Part shown: piece after piece, positions 33,760 through 44,988 of the stretch
Position numbering within the stretch: the first letter of the stretch is position 1
Layout: every line of letters starts with the position of its first letter
Origin: the human T2T-CHM13v2.0 reference genome, Homo sapiens
Reading direction: 5' to 3' (one strand)
Assembly (NCBI RefSeq): GCF_009914755.1
Contig: NC_060934.1
DNA length: 64,000 bases
Notes under the pieces: model-generated
What the model saw: only the letters and a program-made list of their open reading frames with translations
What the model was told of the DNA's origin: nothing
Database searches by the model: none
Translations under genes and position numbers: made by a program

Positions 33760-35494
33760 CCCTGATTCCCACCACAGACATCCAGCAGGCCTGCTGCCAA
33801 CAGTCAGTCTGGAGTCTGACAGTCTGACCAGGCCAGGCCAGGGAGGACTTGCATCATCACGTGAAGGATGCAGATATCGGCCTCCACGCTGCAGTCATGG
33901 AGGATTGGAAAGGATTCCTTTCCAATCATGGAGTTCTCAGAGAGGCACAGGAGCTGCCGGCTTCAGTATGACAAATCACAAGAACACAGCACCAGCCCAG
34001 CACTGAGGGCAGCACAGAGTGGGTCCCGGGGAGGGTGTGCACACATGCACAAAGCCACGAACATCCAGGAGAGCTGGTGGCACCGGAGCGCACACACCTG
34101 GGCCGTGCCAGAGCTCTCCGTGGAAGAGGGCGATCTCACCCTTCATCCATCATCCAGGCAGAAGGCAAGCAGACCATTTCCCCAAGCAGCACTTCTCTCC
34201 AACAAGCAGTGGTCATAAAAGCAGAGGCTCTGAAACTTTAAGAGGCCATAAACCCTTTGGCAACGACACACGGCTCCGAGAACACACGCATGAATAAATA
34301 AAACCAATACTCTGCTGCTGAGACATCGCTACATCCAGAAGGACCCAGAGCAACAGACGCAGAGAAAAGCAACATGGACCACCGCGGCCTGACAGCAGGT
34401 CCCACGGGCCCAGGGGCGGCTGCTCACCAGGCACCCCATTTCCAGAAGCCCTGGGCAAAGTCAGCAGCTCCCAGGCAGCTTGCATGCATGTGGCCACAAA
34501 ACTGAAGCCATTGATTGCTAAACCAGATAGCAACCTTACTGAAGGAATTGCAGGCCAGGCCGGTGGACACTCCTCTGAAGAGGGAGAGGACAAGCAGCCG
34601 TGCCTGGAGATGCAGATATACCAGGCCTTCCATACCAAGCTCACATTCAGCCACAGGACAAAGCGCTCTGAGGCAAAAAGGATCATTTGTCTGGGCTGTG
34701 CATTCAGTAATGCTCGTGGGGAGGCTTTACCCTGGGAAAGTCTAGTTTTAAAAGCTGATTTCTCTACTGAGAGCCAGCTAAAAAGACCCCACAGTCCCCG
34801 CAGCCTGCTTGTACTGAGGTTTTGTCCTCGATTTAAAAACCTTCTTTTCCCAGTGGACCTTTAGGCAAGAACTGTAAAGAACTGCAATAAGGCCCTTGAT
34901 GTGGGGCAGAATTAATCTGACAGGCTTCTCCTGCTGAACCTGATATTACACTCCAGACACAGACTCTCCCACCAGCCTCCTTTCCCAGGGCTGCCCATCA
35001 AGGCTGTGGCTCAGTGAAACTTCGGGGATCATTTGCAATAGAATTAGAGTTGAATTTGCATGTGAGGGTGGTTTTCTTTTTTCATTTGCAAGGACTCGTT
35101 CCCAGTCAAGTGTCCAAACACATTTTATCAGGACCTGGAGGAGGCTGAGCAGACAGAGGCATGATGGAAGCCGCTGGAAGGAGGCAGAGCTTGGCAAATG
35201 GGAACTTCTGCTTTGATTTAAGCAGAGTTGGGTGAGGGAGAGATGTAACAACACTAAGGCAGGATGAGAAATGAGCCAAGCAGAGTCGTTCCAGTTTCCT
35301 GAGCACTTACTACGTGCTGGTGCCACACTGGGTGAGGGAGGCAGACGCCATTCAGGAGCAAGGGAAAAGACAACTGAAGAAGCCTTTGGAACTATGAGCC
35401 GTTATCCTCAGAAGGGCCCAACTGGGGACAGGCCTCATCCTTCACCTCCCAGGTAAAGAAACTGAGGCACAGAGACAATAAATTAAATGTAGCC

Positions 35495-35965
35495 AGCTGG
35501 GCGCAGTGGCTTATGCCTGTAATCCCAGCACTTTGGGAGGCCAAGGCAAGAGGATCGTTTGAGCCCAGGAATTCCAGACTAGCCTGGGCAACATAATGAG
35601 ATACCATCTCTACAAAAAATTAAGATTAAAAATTAGCTGGGTGTGATGGTGTGCACCTGTAGTCCCAGCTGCTTGGAAAGCCAAGCGGGGAGCATTGCTT
35701 GAACTCAGGAACTCAGGGCTGCAGGGAGCCGTGATCACACCACCACACTCCAGCCTGGGTGACAGAACGAGATCCCATCTCTACAAAAACTAAGGTAATA
35801 AAACTGGGCATGGTGGTACACACCTGTAATCTCAGCTACTTGGGAGGCTGGACAGGAGGATCACTTAAGCTCAAGAGGTTGAAGCTGCAGTAAGCCATGA
35901 TCGCGCCACTGCACTCCAGCCTGGACAACAAACTGAGACCCCCTGCCCCTAAAAAATAATAAATC
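35495..35965 (+). mobile_element. AluJ with an additional right monomer (L-R-R)
   Basis: Dimer to ~35790, then second right arm ~35803-35965. Confidence 0.9.
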
Positions 35966-36192
35966 AATCCATGCAGCGTTTTCAAAAAAATGATAACAGT
36001 CTTGTGACTGGTCCCAAATCACAGGAATATTGTGTCAGGAAGCCTCTGGTTTCATCTGGGTTCAAATTTGCCATAGGGACAAAGCAAGCCACATGGCCTG
36101 AGGACTGCCTGACAGCAGACTGCGGGGGAGGGAGGCAGCTTGCATTGCTCTTTAGTTGGGGAGGCATAGAAGATTGGGGCTCCTGCAATATC

Positions 36193-36497
36193 TTTTTTTT
36201 TTTTTTTTTTTTTGAGACAGTCTTGCTCTGTAGCCCAGGCTGGAGTACAGTGACGTGATCTCAGCTCACTGCAACCTCCGCCTCCTGGGTCCCAGTTCAA
36301 GCAGTTCTCCTGCCTCAGCCTCTCCAGTAGCTGGGATTACAGGCATGCACCACCATGCCCAACTAATTTTTATATTTTCAGTAGAGACAGGGTTTCACCA
36401 TGTTGGCCAGGCTGGTCTTGAACTTCTGTCCTTGTGATCTGCCTGCCTCGACCTCTCAAAGTGCTGGGATTACAGGCAGGAGCCACTGTGCCCGGCC
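36193..36497 (-). mobile_element. AluS
   Basis: TSD CTGCAATATC / CTGCAGTATC. Confidence 0.94.
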
Positions 36498-36659
36498 TGC
36501 AGTATCACTTTCTGCATCAAGCTAACAGAGACAAGCTATCCAACTTTTTCTCACGCCCATCAACCCCACCTTTCCCCAAACAAAAACTTTTCTTCCTAAA
36601 TAAGGATACTTACATTTTTGGACATCTTTGGTTTGTTGAACAGGGCACCCCTCATAGGA

Positions 36660-36955
36660 GGCCGGGCACAGTGGGGCACACCTGTAATCCCAGCGCTTTG
36701 GGAGGCTGAGGTGGGAGGAATTCAAGACCAGCCTGGGCAACACAGTGAGACCTCATCTCTACAAAAAATACAAAAATTTGCTGGGCATGGTGGTGGTGCA
36801 CACCTGTAGTCCCAGCTACTTGGGAGGCTGAGGTGGGAGGATGAGTTGAACCCAGGAGTTTGAGGCTGCAGTGAGCCATGGTTGCCACTGCACTGCAGCC
36901 TGGAAGACAGAGCAAGATGGTGTCCCTAAAAAATTAAAAGTTTAAATTTTTAAAA
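36660..36955 (+). mobile_element. AluJ with left-arm deletion
   Basis: Flanked by CCCTCATA on both sides. Confidence 0.9.
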
Positions 36956-37124
36956 AGCCCTCATACGTTTATTGGCCGCATACCAGCAGGCCGCCACGTT
37001 TTCTTCTATGAGGGCAGCAGCAGACACTGCAGATGAACAAACGCCACCTCATTGGCCCTCTCTGGGCACAAGTCTTCTCAGAGACAGGAGAAATGGGGCC
37101 AGGGTGCAGGCGTTACTCCCTTCT

Positions 37125-37193
37125 GCAGACAGGAAGGGGCGGGAAGCTGGTTTCCAGCAGACAGGAAGGGGCGGGAAGCTGGTTTCCAGCAGA
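37125..37193. repeat. Perfect 32-bp tandem duplication
   Basis: GCAGACAGGAAGGGGCGGGAAGCTGGTTTCCA x2 plus GCAGA. Confidence 0.97.
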
Positions 37194-37467
37194 GCCATGA
37201 TGGGCCTGAGCCAGCCCCCTCTAACCGCCACACACGGAGGTGGCTCAGGCCATGGGACTCCAAGGGATCATAGTAACGGAGTGGAAGGGGCTGAGGTGGC
37301 CGTGGTGGCAGCAGATGTGGGATCTGTGATGTCACAGGCTTCTCCCAAGCACCTGGACTCAGGCTTAGATGGGATTAGAGCCCTCAGAGCTCCCGGTCAT
37401 TCACGCTCATCGGACAGAATGCCCCTGGTGTTTGCATGAATTTGTTGGGAACGGACACAATGTACTC

Positions 37468-37555
37468 TTAAATTCCTGACCCACAGAGACTGTGCACTGC
37501 TTCCAGCCACTAAGTTTGGGGGTAATTTGTCACACAGCCATAGATAACTATTACA
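37468..37555 (+). mobile_element. MLT1 LTR 3' fragment
   Basis: AGCCACTAAGTTTGGGGGTAATTTGTCACACAGCCATAGATAAC. Confidence 0.7.
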
Positions 37556-37859
37556 GTGTCTAAAGGAGCACATCAAATATTCTATGCAATTAATTACTGG
37601 TAGAACAGGAAGATGGTGCCAAGAGCACTTAAGGAACTTGGTATTTTTAGGTAACTGAATAAAGGACTGTCAGAACCTGAGTGCTACGTTAATACCAAAT
37701 AACCCCAAACTGGCTAACGTCCTGCAGAGTAATAAACCACAACCTTTGGGGTTATCTTTTCTACCAGACAGAGATTCTTTTCATCTCTATTGCTCAAAAA
37801 TCTAGAGTTCACAAAAAACTTCTGGGACCTTGATTTAATAGAAAGCAGGGAGTGGAATA

Positions 37860-38036
37860 ACGTGTGGCTGTAGGTGGCTGTCCTGGATGATGTCCTATGA
37901 CCCCTGAAATGTTTAGCAGTATCCCTGCTGACTTCCCACTAGGGGTCAGCAGCATCCCTGCCCCAGCCATGATCATCAAAAATGCCTTTTGACATTGCAA
38001 ACATCCCTTGGGGGACCCAGGGTTGCAAACCATTGC
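37860..38036 (-). mobile_element. MER20
   Basis: ATGTTTAGCAGTATCCCTG...CCCACTAG...GACATTGCAAACATCCC. Confidence 0.8.
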
Positions 38037-38098
38037 CTGAGATAATTAAATAATCCTCGGGCAGACCTATTGGACAATGCCCATTTTGACACTGAAAT

Positions 38099-38481
38099 TG
38101 TTGCAGGACTTTCTTCTCAGTTCAGCTAAAAACCAGGCTCTTGGCACACGACCAGGAAAGATTAGGCTCATGGGCACATAGAAGGGTGAGAAAAAATGGA
38201 ATTTATTGGGAGAAAACGGAGAAAGAGAAAAACTTTCAGCAGAGCAAGAGGGACCAGCTCCCACTCCACCAGACAGGGACTCAAGAGGCTGAGATCCTCC
38301 CCTCTGCAAATGGCGTGAACTTATGTGGCTCCGCTCCATTCTCCCATGCTCAGGCCAGTTGGAGATTCTCTGGACTGGCAGTCCAGTTTTTCAGCCTTCA
38401 GGCTGTTTTAGGCTTGAAGGCAGGGCTTCGTGGGGAGGGAGCACAGTGGGAAGGGGACTTGGCTGCCTCTTGTCTCTATCA
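38099..38481 (-). mobile_element. MER61-like ERV1 solo LTR
   Basis: TGTTGCAGG...CTCTATCA; perfect 4-bp TSD AAAT. Confidence 0.82.
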
Positions 38482-38828
38482 AAATGACACGCCATCAAAG
38501 GAGTGAAGGGTGTACCATCCCAAAATATGCTGGATTGGCACCTTGATTATTCTGAGTCAAACCCATTGGAGAAATCGTCATTTCAGAAAGCGTGAGCTGA
38601 TCCGTCTCTCCCTGCGTACAGTAAGCCATGAAGATTCCTCCAGGAAGAGTACCCTTGCCAGAGCAGGGCAAGAAAATAGCCCTTATCACCAGAGCCTGGG
38701 CACTGGCGGCTGCATAAGGAAGATGAATAAATATACTTCCCGGCCACTAGTTTTACATCATCTCCCATAGATCTCCTAGTGACTCCCCTAGAAAGGTACT
38801 TCCTTTAGCCAGATCCTCTTTGTCCTAG

Positions 38829-39565
38829 TGAAATGGCCTGGGGTCACACCCAAAGTCCCTGGACTCACAGCCGAGGAAATCAAGGACGCAGACACACCAA
38901 CGGTGAGGTCAGAGCAGAAGCAGAAGTTTAATAGGCGAAAGAAAGAGAACAGCCCTCTGTTGCAGAGAGGGGTCCCAGAAAGGGTTGCCATTCAGCAGTG
39001 AAATGCTAGAGTTTTTATAAGCGAGCTAGTGGGGAGGCCGTATCTTATCAACATAGGGTGCAAAAAAACAGGAGCAGGTGTGCAGCACAAAATCTCTGGC
39101 AGCCCCCACCCCAGCCTTTTATTATGCAGGCGGGTCCTTTGCCTGAACCACGTTGCCTTCCTACTGTGCGTGTGTGGAAAAAAGGGTGGGTGGAGCCCCC
39201 GTGGTGGATATGCCTGGCCCCAGGGAGCCCTTTCTACTGGTGCAGCTGCAGGCATCCCCCTCCCCCGCCCCCATGCAAGCTTCCGAAAAAGGGAAGGAAT
39301 GTGCTAAGGCCCACGGTGCTTACTGGACCCACTGTATGTGAAGCTTGCTGATGACCCAGGAGCTCCCACTCTGTGTAGAGCTGCTTCCTTAGCTCCCACT
39401 CTGTGTAGAGTTGCTTCCTTATCTATGTTTGTAGCCTGGTCTTCCAGGCTGCTGTTTGTTAGAAAAGAAGTAATTTCTTGGGCTGCTTTTTGTTAGAAGA
39501 GAAGTTCCGCTGAGGACTCTGCCCTAACTATCTACCTAGCTAATTTCTTTGTACCTCCTCTCTCA
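38829..39565 (-). mobile_element. MER50-like ERV1 solo LTR (737 bp)
   Basis: TG...CA ends; perfect TSD CTAG at 38825-38828 and 39566-39569. Confidence 0.78.
39361..39420. repeat. 30-bp tandem duplication (1 mismatch)
   Basis: AGCTCCCACTCTGTGTAGAG(C/T)TGCTTCCTT x2. Confidence 0.96.
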
Positions 39566-39801
39566 CTAGCATCTCTTGTCAAATGTATCGTTTTTTGTCT
39601 TAAAAGCATCTTAATCTGGCCACTTCTTCAGTCTCTCATGAAGATCCCCACATACATGTAAAACCACTAAAACTTGTATGCTTCTCCCTTGTTAATTGGC
39701 CTGATGGCACTTTGGTTTCTAGATCCAGCTGAAGAGCCCATTAAGAGCTAGGCAAGGTTGGAGATAGCTTCTGCCCCCACACCACCCACCTTTTTATCTC
39801 C

Positions 39802-40094
39802 TTGTTTTTTGAGATGGAGTCTCACTCTGTTGCCCAGGCTGGAGTGCAGTGGTACGATCTCGTCGACTCACTGCAACCTTTGCCTCCTGGTTCAAGCGAT
39901 TCTCCTGCCTCGGCCTCCCGAGTAGGTAGGATCACAGGCGTGCACCACCACTTCGGGCTAATTTTTGTATTTTTAGTAGAGACGGGGTCTCACCATGTTG
40001 GCCAGCATGGTCTCAAACTCCTGACCTCAGGGGATCCACCCGCCTCGGCCTCCCAAACTGTTGGGATTACAGGCATGAGCCACTGCACCTGTCC
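39802..40094 (-). mobile_element. AluS
   Basis: Full dimer. Confidence 0.94.
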
Positions 40095-41664
40095 CTCCTT
40101 TTTCTTAATAGGCCAGGAACTGAGGAAGGCAGCCCCCCTACATGACTGACCGCTTCCAAGGAGAGGGGGATCCCTGCAGCTGCCTCCGTAGCTCAGCTGC
40201 ACGTGCAAGGTGGACCCTTTAACCTCCAGCTCAGGGGAGACAGAAATAAACAAGAAAAGAGGAAAATAGAGTTGTGAGGTGCTGGGAAAGTGGCAGGATG
40301 AAGGGCAGTACACAGTTAAGGAGACAAACAGACGCTTAACTATTAATACAACTCCAAGCCCTAAGTTTGTGTTTTCTTAAAAGTTATTTAGAACCCGCAA
40401 GCAGTATTTATCTAAGAAAAAGAAAGAAATAAGAAAAAGAAGAAATGTGAATTTACCTCTGGGGCAGACTGATGCTTTGTTTCAAGAAGAACACCGAAAG
40501 TGGTCTTTGATTACTAAGTGTACAGCAAACAGCCACTGTGGTTCCAGACACCACTGCTCTGAAGGCAGATGTTTTAGCCTGGGAAGCTACACCTTCTGTG
40601 CGGAAGAAATGGCAGAATCAGAACTGTTTCTGAAAAAAAAAAAGTTACTTAGTTTATAACTCATTATATTCATTAAAGGGCTCGAAAATATTTCTTATCC
40701 CAGGTGCATGTGCAGCGGCTGCCCCTGAACTGCATTGTTTCTAGGGTGCAGGATGCGTGCTCACTCCTTTGAATGGGCATCTGCAGGAGACCAGGGCCGG
40801 GGTGGAGAATCCATGAGAAGGGAAGGAGGCCCTGTCCTCTCCTCAGCCCTGCCCAGGGCATGGGTGGGACTGGCTGTGTCTCAGGGGTGGAGAAGGCTGT
40901 GCCCTGAGCCTGCTGCTTCCTAAGGCTGGAGTCCCACTGGGTGCCCATTATGTTCTGAGACCTATGGCAGGCGAGCAGCCGCGAGGCTGAGACGGGGCGC
41001 CCGTCCAGCACAGCGAGCATTCCTGCCACCTGGGCAGAGGCTGGTCCTGTGACAGGAAATGCGGACACGGAGGCCAGCCCCTCAGGCTGGAGCCACGGCT
41101 GCTACTCGGGGCCTCCTGGCAGCTGGGCTGGACCCCAGGTCAGGGACAACACAAAGCTCTCCTAGGAAAGGCAGGAGGGAGGGGCCGCTCCTTCACATAA
41201 GTGCCACCTGGAGGCCAGGTGGGGTCCCTTGCAGGGATCCTCGAGGATAGACCTTCCTGGAAACTCTGACAGCCACATCCAGGAGACCTCTGTGTTACCC
41301 GAGCCCGCCTCCCCTCCCTTCTTCATGCCTCGCCTCCAGGAGGCTCTGGTTTCAGCCATGGCGTGGGAATGTCAGGGAAGCCAGTCCCATGCTTGAAATG
41401 CAGTGCCGGGTGCCACAGCCAGCATGTGGTCGGGGCAGCAGCCTGGGCCAGGGATGGCCGTACCGCGCCTGGCTCCACCACAGACGTGCCCGAGACACCC
41501 ACACTGCCAACTCAGACTCCCGAGAGAGCTTAGGAGGGCTGAGACCTGGGTGAGGAGGCGACCCAGGATGGACAATTCACAGGATTAAAGAGCGGCTGGG
41601 GGATTCATGGAGAGATGCACATGGTTTAGGTGGCAGTCACAGACCAGCGAGGCCTGGATGTACA

Positions 41665-42810
41665 AGCTATGGATGAATGAGATAGATGATTGACTGACTG
41701 GTGGGTGGGTGGATGGATGGATAGAGAACACAGAGATAGAAGTATAGCATGGATGGAGAGAGAGATAAGTATAGGGTGAATAAATAGATAATACAAAAGA
41801 CAGAGATATAGGATGAATGAATAGATAGGAATACAGGTATAGGATGGATGAATGAGTGGATGGAGAAAGACATAAACATAGGGTGAATGGATAGAAAATA
41901 TATAGGGATATAGGATGGATGGGTAGATATATAGGTATAGAATGAATGAGTAGAGGTATAGGATGAATAGATAGAAATATAGGTATAGGATTGATGGATG
42001 AATGTGTTCCCAGACCAAACTGAGGGGTCGGGCTGCTTATTCTCACGGCCCAATAACCAGATGCAGATGAACTGGGAAAGAAGAGAGTTGATTTCTGTAA
42101 CTAGGTACAGAGAGAAGGCCTGGAAATTATCACTAGGACCAACTCAAAATTACAAAGTTTTCCAGAGCTTACATACCTTCTAAGCTATACGTCTATGTGT
42201 AAGTGTGCATTCCTCTACACACTTAAGCGATTAACTTCTTCTCATCTATAACTAAGGGCTGAGTCTTGAAGACCTCCCTCTGGAGCCTCAGGAAATTTGC
42301 TTCATCTAGTTGGGTCCAGGTGCTGGGGTGACTACCATTAGCTTGTCTCCTGCTAAATCATGGAGGTCTGGGGAGTTTCTTCAGACCCCCAGTAAGCTTG
42401 TTTAACCCTAAACAGGTCCTTTTAAGCACTCCTCTGTTATCTTGTCATGCTTCAAGGCCCAGGAAAGGCCTGGGCAAAACTCTTGGTGGGCTTTTGTTAC
42501 ATTCCAGCCTTCGTATAAGGGTGCTGGTTCTATTGGCTTTTAATGTTTAACCACATATTCAGTGCTGAAACTGTTTTTATGGAAGCCGGCGTTAATGAGA
42601 CCTGGCTTGCCACAAATGAATAGAGAAAGACTTAAGTATAGGGTGAATGGAAAGACAGAAAACATATAGAGACATAGGACGGATGGGTAGACAGGTATAG
42701 AATGGATAAATAGAGGTACAGGATGGGTGAATAGATGATTGATTGACTGATAAAGGCATAGGACAGATGATGAGTAGATAGACAGATATAGGAGTAGAAT
42801 GAATGGACAT
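41665..42810. repeat. Degenerate (GGAT/GATA/GAAT)n purine-rich repeat interrupted by an LTR
   Basis: 41665-42004 and 42615-42810. Confidence 0.88.
42005..42614 (-). mobile_element. LTR47-like solo LTR
   Basis: TGTTCCCAGACC...CTTGCCACA; TSD AATG at 42001-42004 and 42615-42618; family from memory. Confidence 0.75.
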
Positions 42811-43398
42811 TTTTATTATCTTCCTAAAATGTGGACAAGGGGCAGAGAAAGGACAGAAAAACACGAATGCACAAGAAACTCAGAGCACAGATTATTCACT
42901 TTTGCTCTTTACACTCCAGAAGGAGGAGTTTTAGAAGCAAAGTTCAATGGCTCCCAGCTTCCGTCTTTAGATATCCGTGATAGATACATTTCTAGCAATG
43001 TCACCCAACACCAACTGGGAGAGCAAAACCTGACATAAACTAGAACCCCAAGAACCAAAGAGTATGCTGTCTCTGTCCCCACTGGCGACACACAGAACAT
43101 AAGAGGCAGCCGTTGGCCCACGGGCCAGCCCTGCGCTTCCTCCCACACCCCCAACAAACGAGCGTGTCCTTCCAGTGTGGCTCCTTTGTCCCTCACCTTC
43201 CTCGAACAGAAAGAGAAGGGGGTCATGCCCACGTCCCTAACTGTGTCAAGCGGCCCAAACAGCAGCTATTCTAAAGAATGTGGCTATTTGGGGATGAAAG
43301 ACCCTATGGAGGGCCAACCATTATCAGTAACAGTGCCAGTCCCCCAGAAATGTGAGTGCCAGACAGATTCTGCTGGGGGGCAGGAGATGCTTTTGTGG

Positions 43399-43447
43399 TG
43401 AAATGGAGCCCGGTGGGACTTTGAAATGGAGCCCGGTGGGACTTTGA
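43399..43447. repeat. Perfect 23-bp tandem duplication
   Basis: TGAAATGGAGCCCGGTGGGACTT x2 plus TGA. Confidence 0.97.
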
Positions 43448-43605
43448 GTCCTCATCCTGCGTGTAAGTTCCAAATGCAGATCTGGCCCCCCATATACAAG
43501 GAGCATTGCTTCCTATACATAAAGCTGGTTATCCACTATTACCTGGAACTGAAAAATAGCTCGTTTTGGAAGGTTTTTTTTTTTTTGAGGGAGGGGCTTC
43601 CTTCC

Positions 43606-44236
43606 TGTTAGAGTATATTGAGGCAGAGTGACTATCTTGCTTGTACAGGGGCTGGGTAAAATGAGGCTGAGACCTACTGGGTTGCACTCCCAGGGGGCTG
43701 GGCATTCTTAGTCGCAGGAAGGATGAGACAGAAGGGGGCACAAGATACAGGTCACAAAGACCCTACAGGATGCAGTAAAAAGTGGACCAAAACCCACCAA
43801 AACCAAGATGACGACAAAAGTGCCCTCTGGTCATCCTCAGTGCTCACTAAACACTAATTATGATGTATTAGCATGTCAAAGACACTCCCAGCAGCACCTT
43901 GAGTTACAAATGCCACGGCAACGTGGGGAAGTTACCCCACATAGTCTAAAAAGGGGAGAGATCCTCAGTTCTGGGAAATCCCCACCCCTTTCCCCAGAAA
44001 CCTCATGAATAATCCAATCCAGCCTTTGTTCAGCATATAATCAAGAAATATCTTTAAGTAGAAACAGTTCAGCAGCCCATGCTGCCGCTCTGTGTGGAGA
44101 GTAGCCATTCTTTTATTCCTTTACCTTCTTAATAAACTTGCTTTCGCTTTACTCTGTGGACTCAGCCCCAATTCTTTCTTGCATGAGGTCCAGGAACCCT
44201 CTCTTGGAGTCTGAATCCGGCCTCTTTCTGGTAATA
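43606..44236 (+). mobile_element. MER41B ERV1 solo LTR
   Basis: GAGGCTGAGACCTACTGGG, CCAAAACCCACCAAAACCAAGATG, TTACAAATGCCACGGCAACG, CTTAATAAACTTGCTTTC. Confidence 0.88.
43969..43999 (+). promoter_or_regulatory. STAT GAS (N3), overlapping NF-kB site and STAT N4 site within MER41B
   Basis: TTCTGGGAA 43969-43977; GGGAAATCCC 43973-43982; TTCCCCAGAA 43990-43999. Confidence 0.55.
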
Positions 44237-44988
44237 CCCCTAACATTGCCCATTCATAGTGATAAAGAGGAAATAAGACCATGCTGTTGGAGAGCAGCGG
44301 GCTAGATCAGAACACCACCCACATCTCAGGAGGAGGTGGGCGAGAAGGATCTACCTTTAAAGAGCTCCAATTAAAGCAATTACCATTGTTACAGAAATGA
44401 CTGTTTTTAAAGGATTGAAGGCTTCTATTGGAGAACACTTCAGAGACCACGAGGAAAAAAACCGCCCACGTGAGCGGCCCATTAAAGAGAACAAAAGGCA
44501 AGCAGTGTTCAAACGATCTGCTTCCATCTTCCCAGGCCTCCTCCTGTTTTTTTTTTGTGGGCAGCCACCCTTCCCGAAAGCCTGTCATGCTTTCTGAGGT
44601 TCTCACTGAGCTGTCAGCTGGAGACTCAGGGCCCAGGAGAGGACGGACACGTGAGGGGGCTGCACGCGGTGCCAGGTGATGGCTGTCCCTTCCTTCCTCC
44701 TCTGAAGCTCTCTCCAGACAAGCTCCGGATGCTTGGATCCTTGTCGTGGGTCAAGGCATGGATGGCCCTCTGCGAGAAACAAGGACCTGAGAATCCACAC
44801 TCACACGACAATTACAGGGGGTTGAAGAAGCCGTAATACGCAGTGATGGATGCTGTGGAGGTCAGGGGTACCGGACGTCACGGAGCCAGGAGTCTGGGAT
44901 GACCTTCGTCCTCTGAGCCTAATGCTTCAAAGATCCGATGGGAGGTTTGATGTTGGTGGGGACATTCTCAGATGATGAGGGCAAGGGC

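Larger units (their letters stand above)
38503..39783 (+). mobile_element. MER34-like ERV1 LTR split by a second LTR
   Basis: CCCAAAATATGCTGGATTGGC start; resumes at 39570. Confidence 0.65.

Noticed and set aside
41585-42053. Hydrophobic Ile/Tyr/His-rich ORFs in three frames
   Set aside because: Translations of the GATA/GGAT repeat.
37125-43447. 23-32 bp direct repeats as a possible CRISPR-like array
   Set aside because: Each is a two-copy tandem duplication with no spacers, the three are unrelated, and the DNA is primate.
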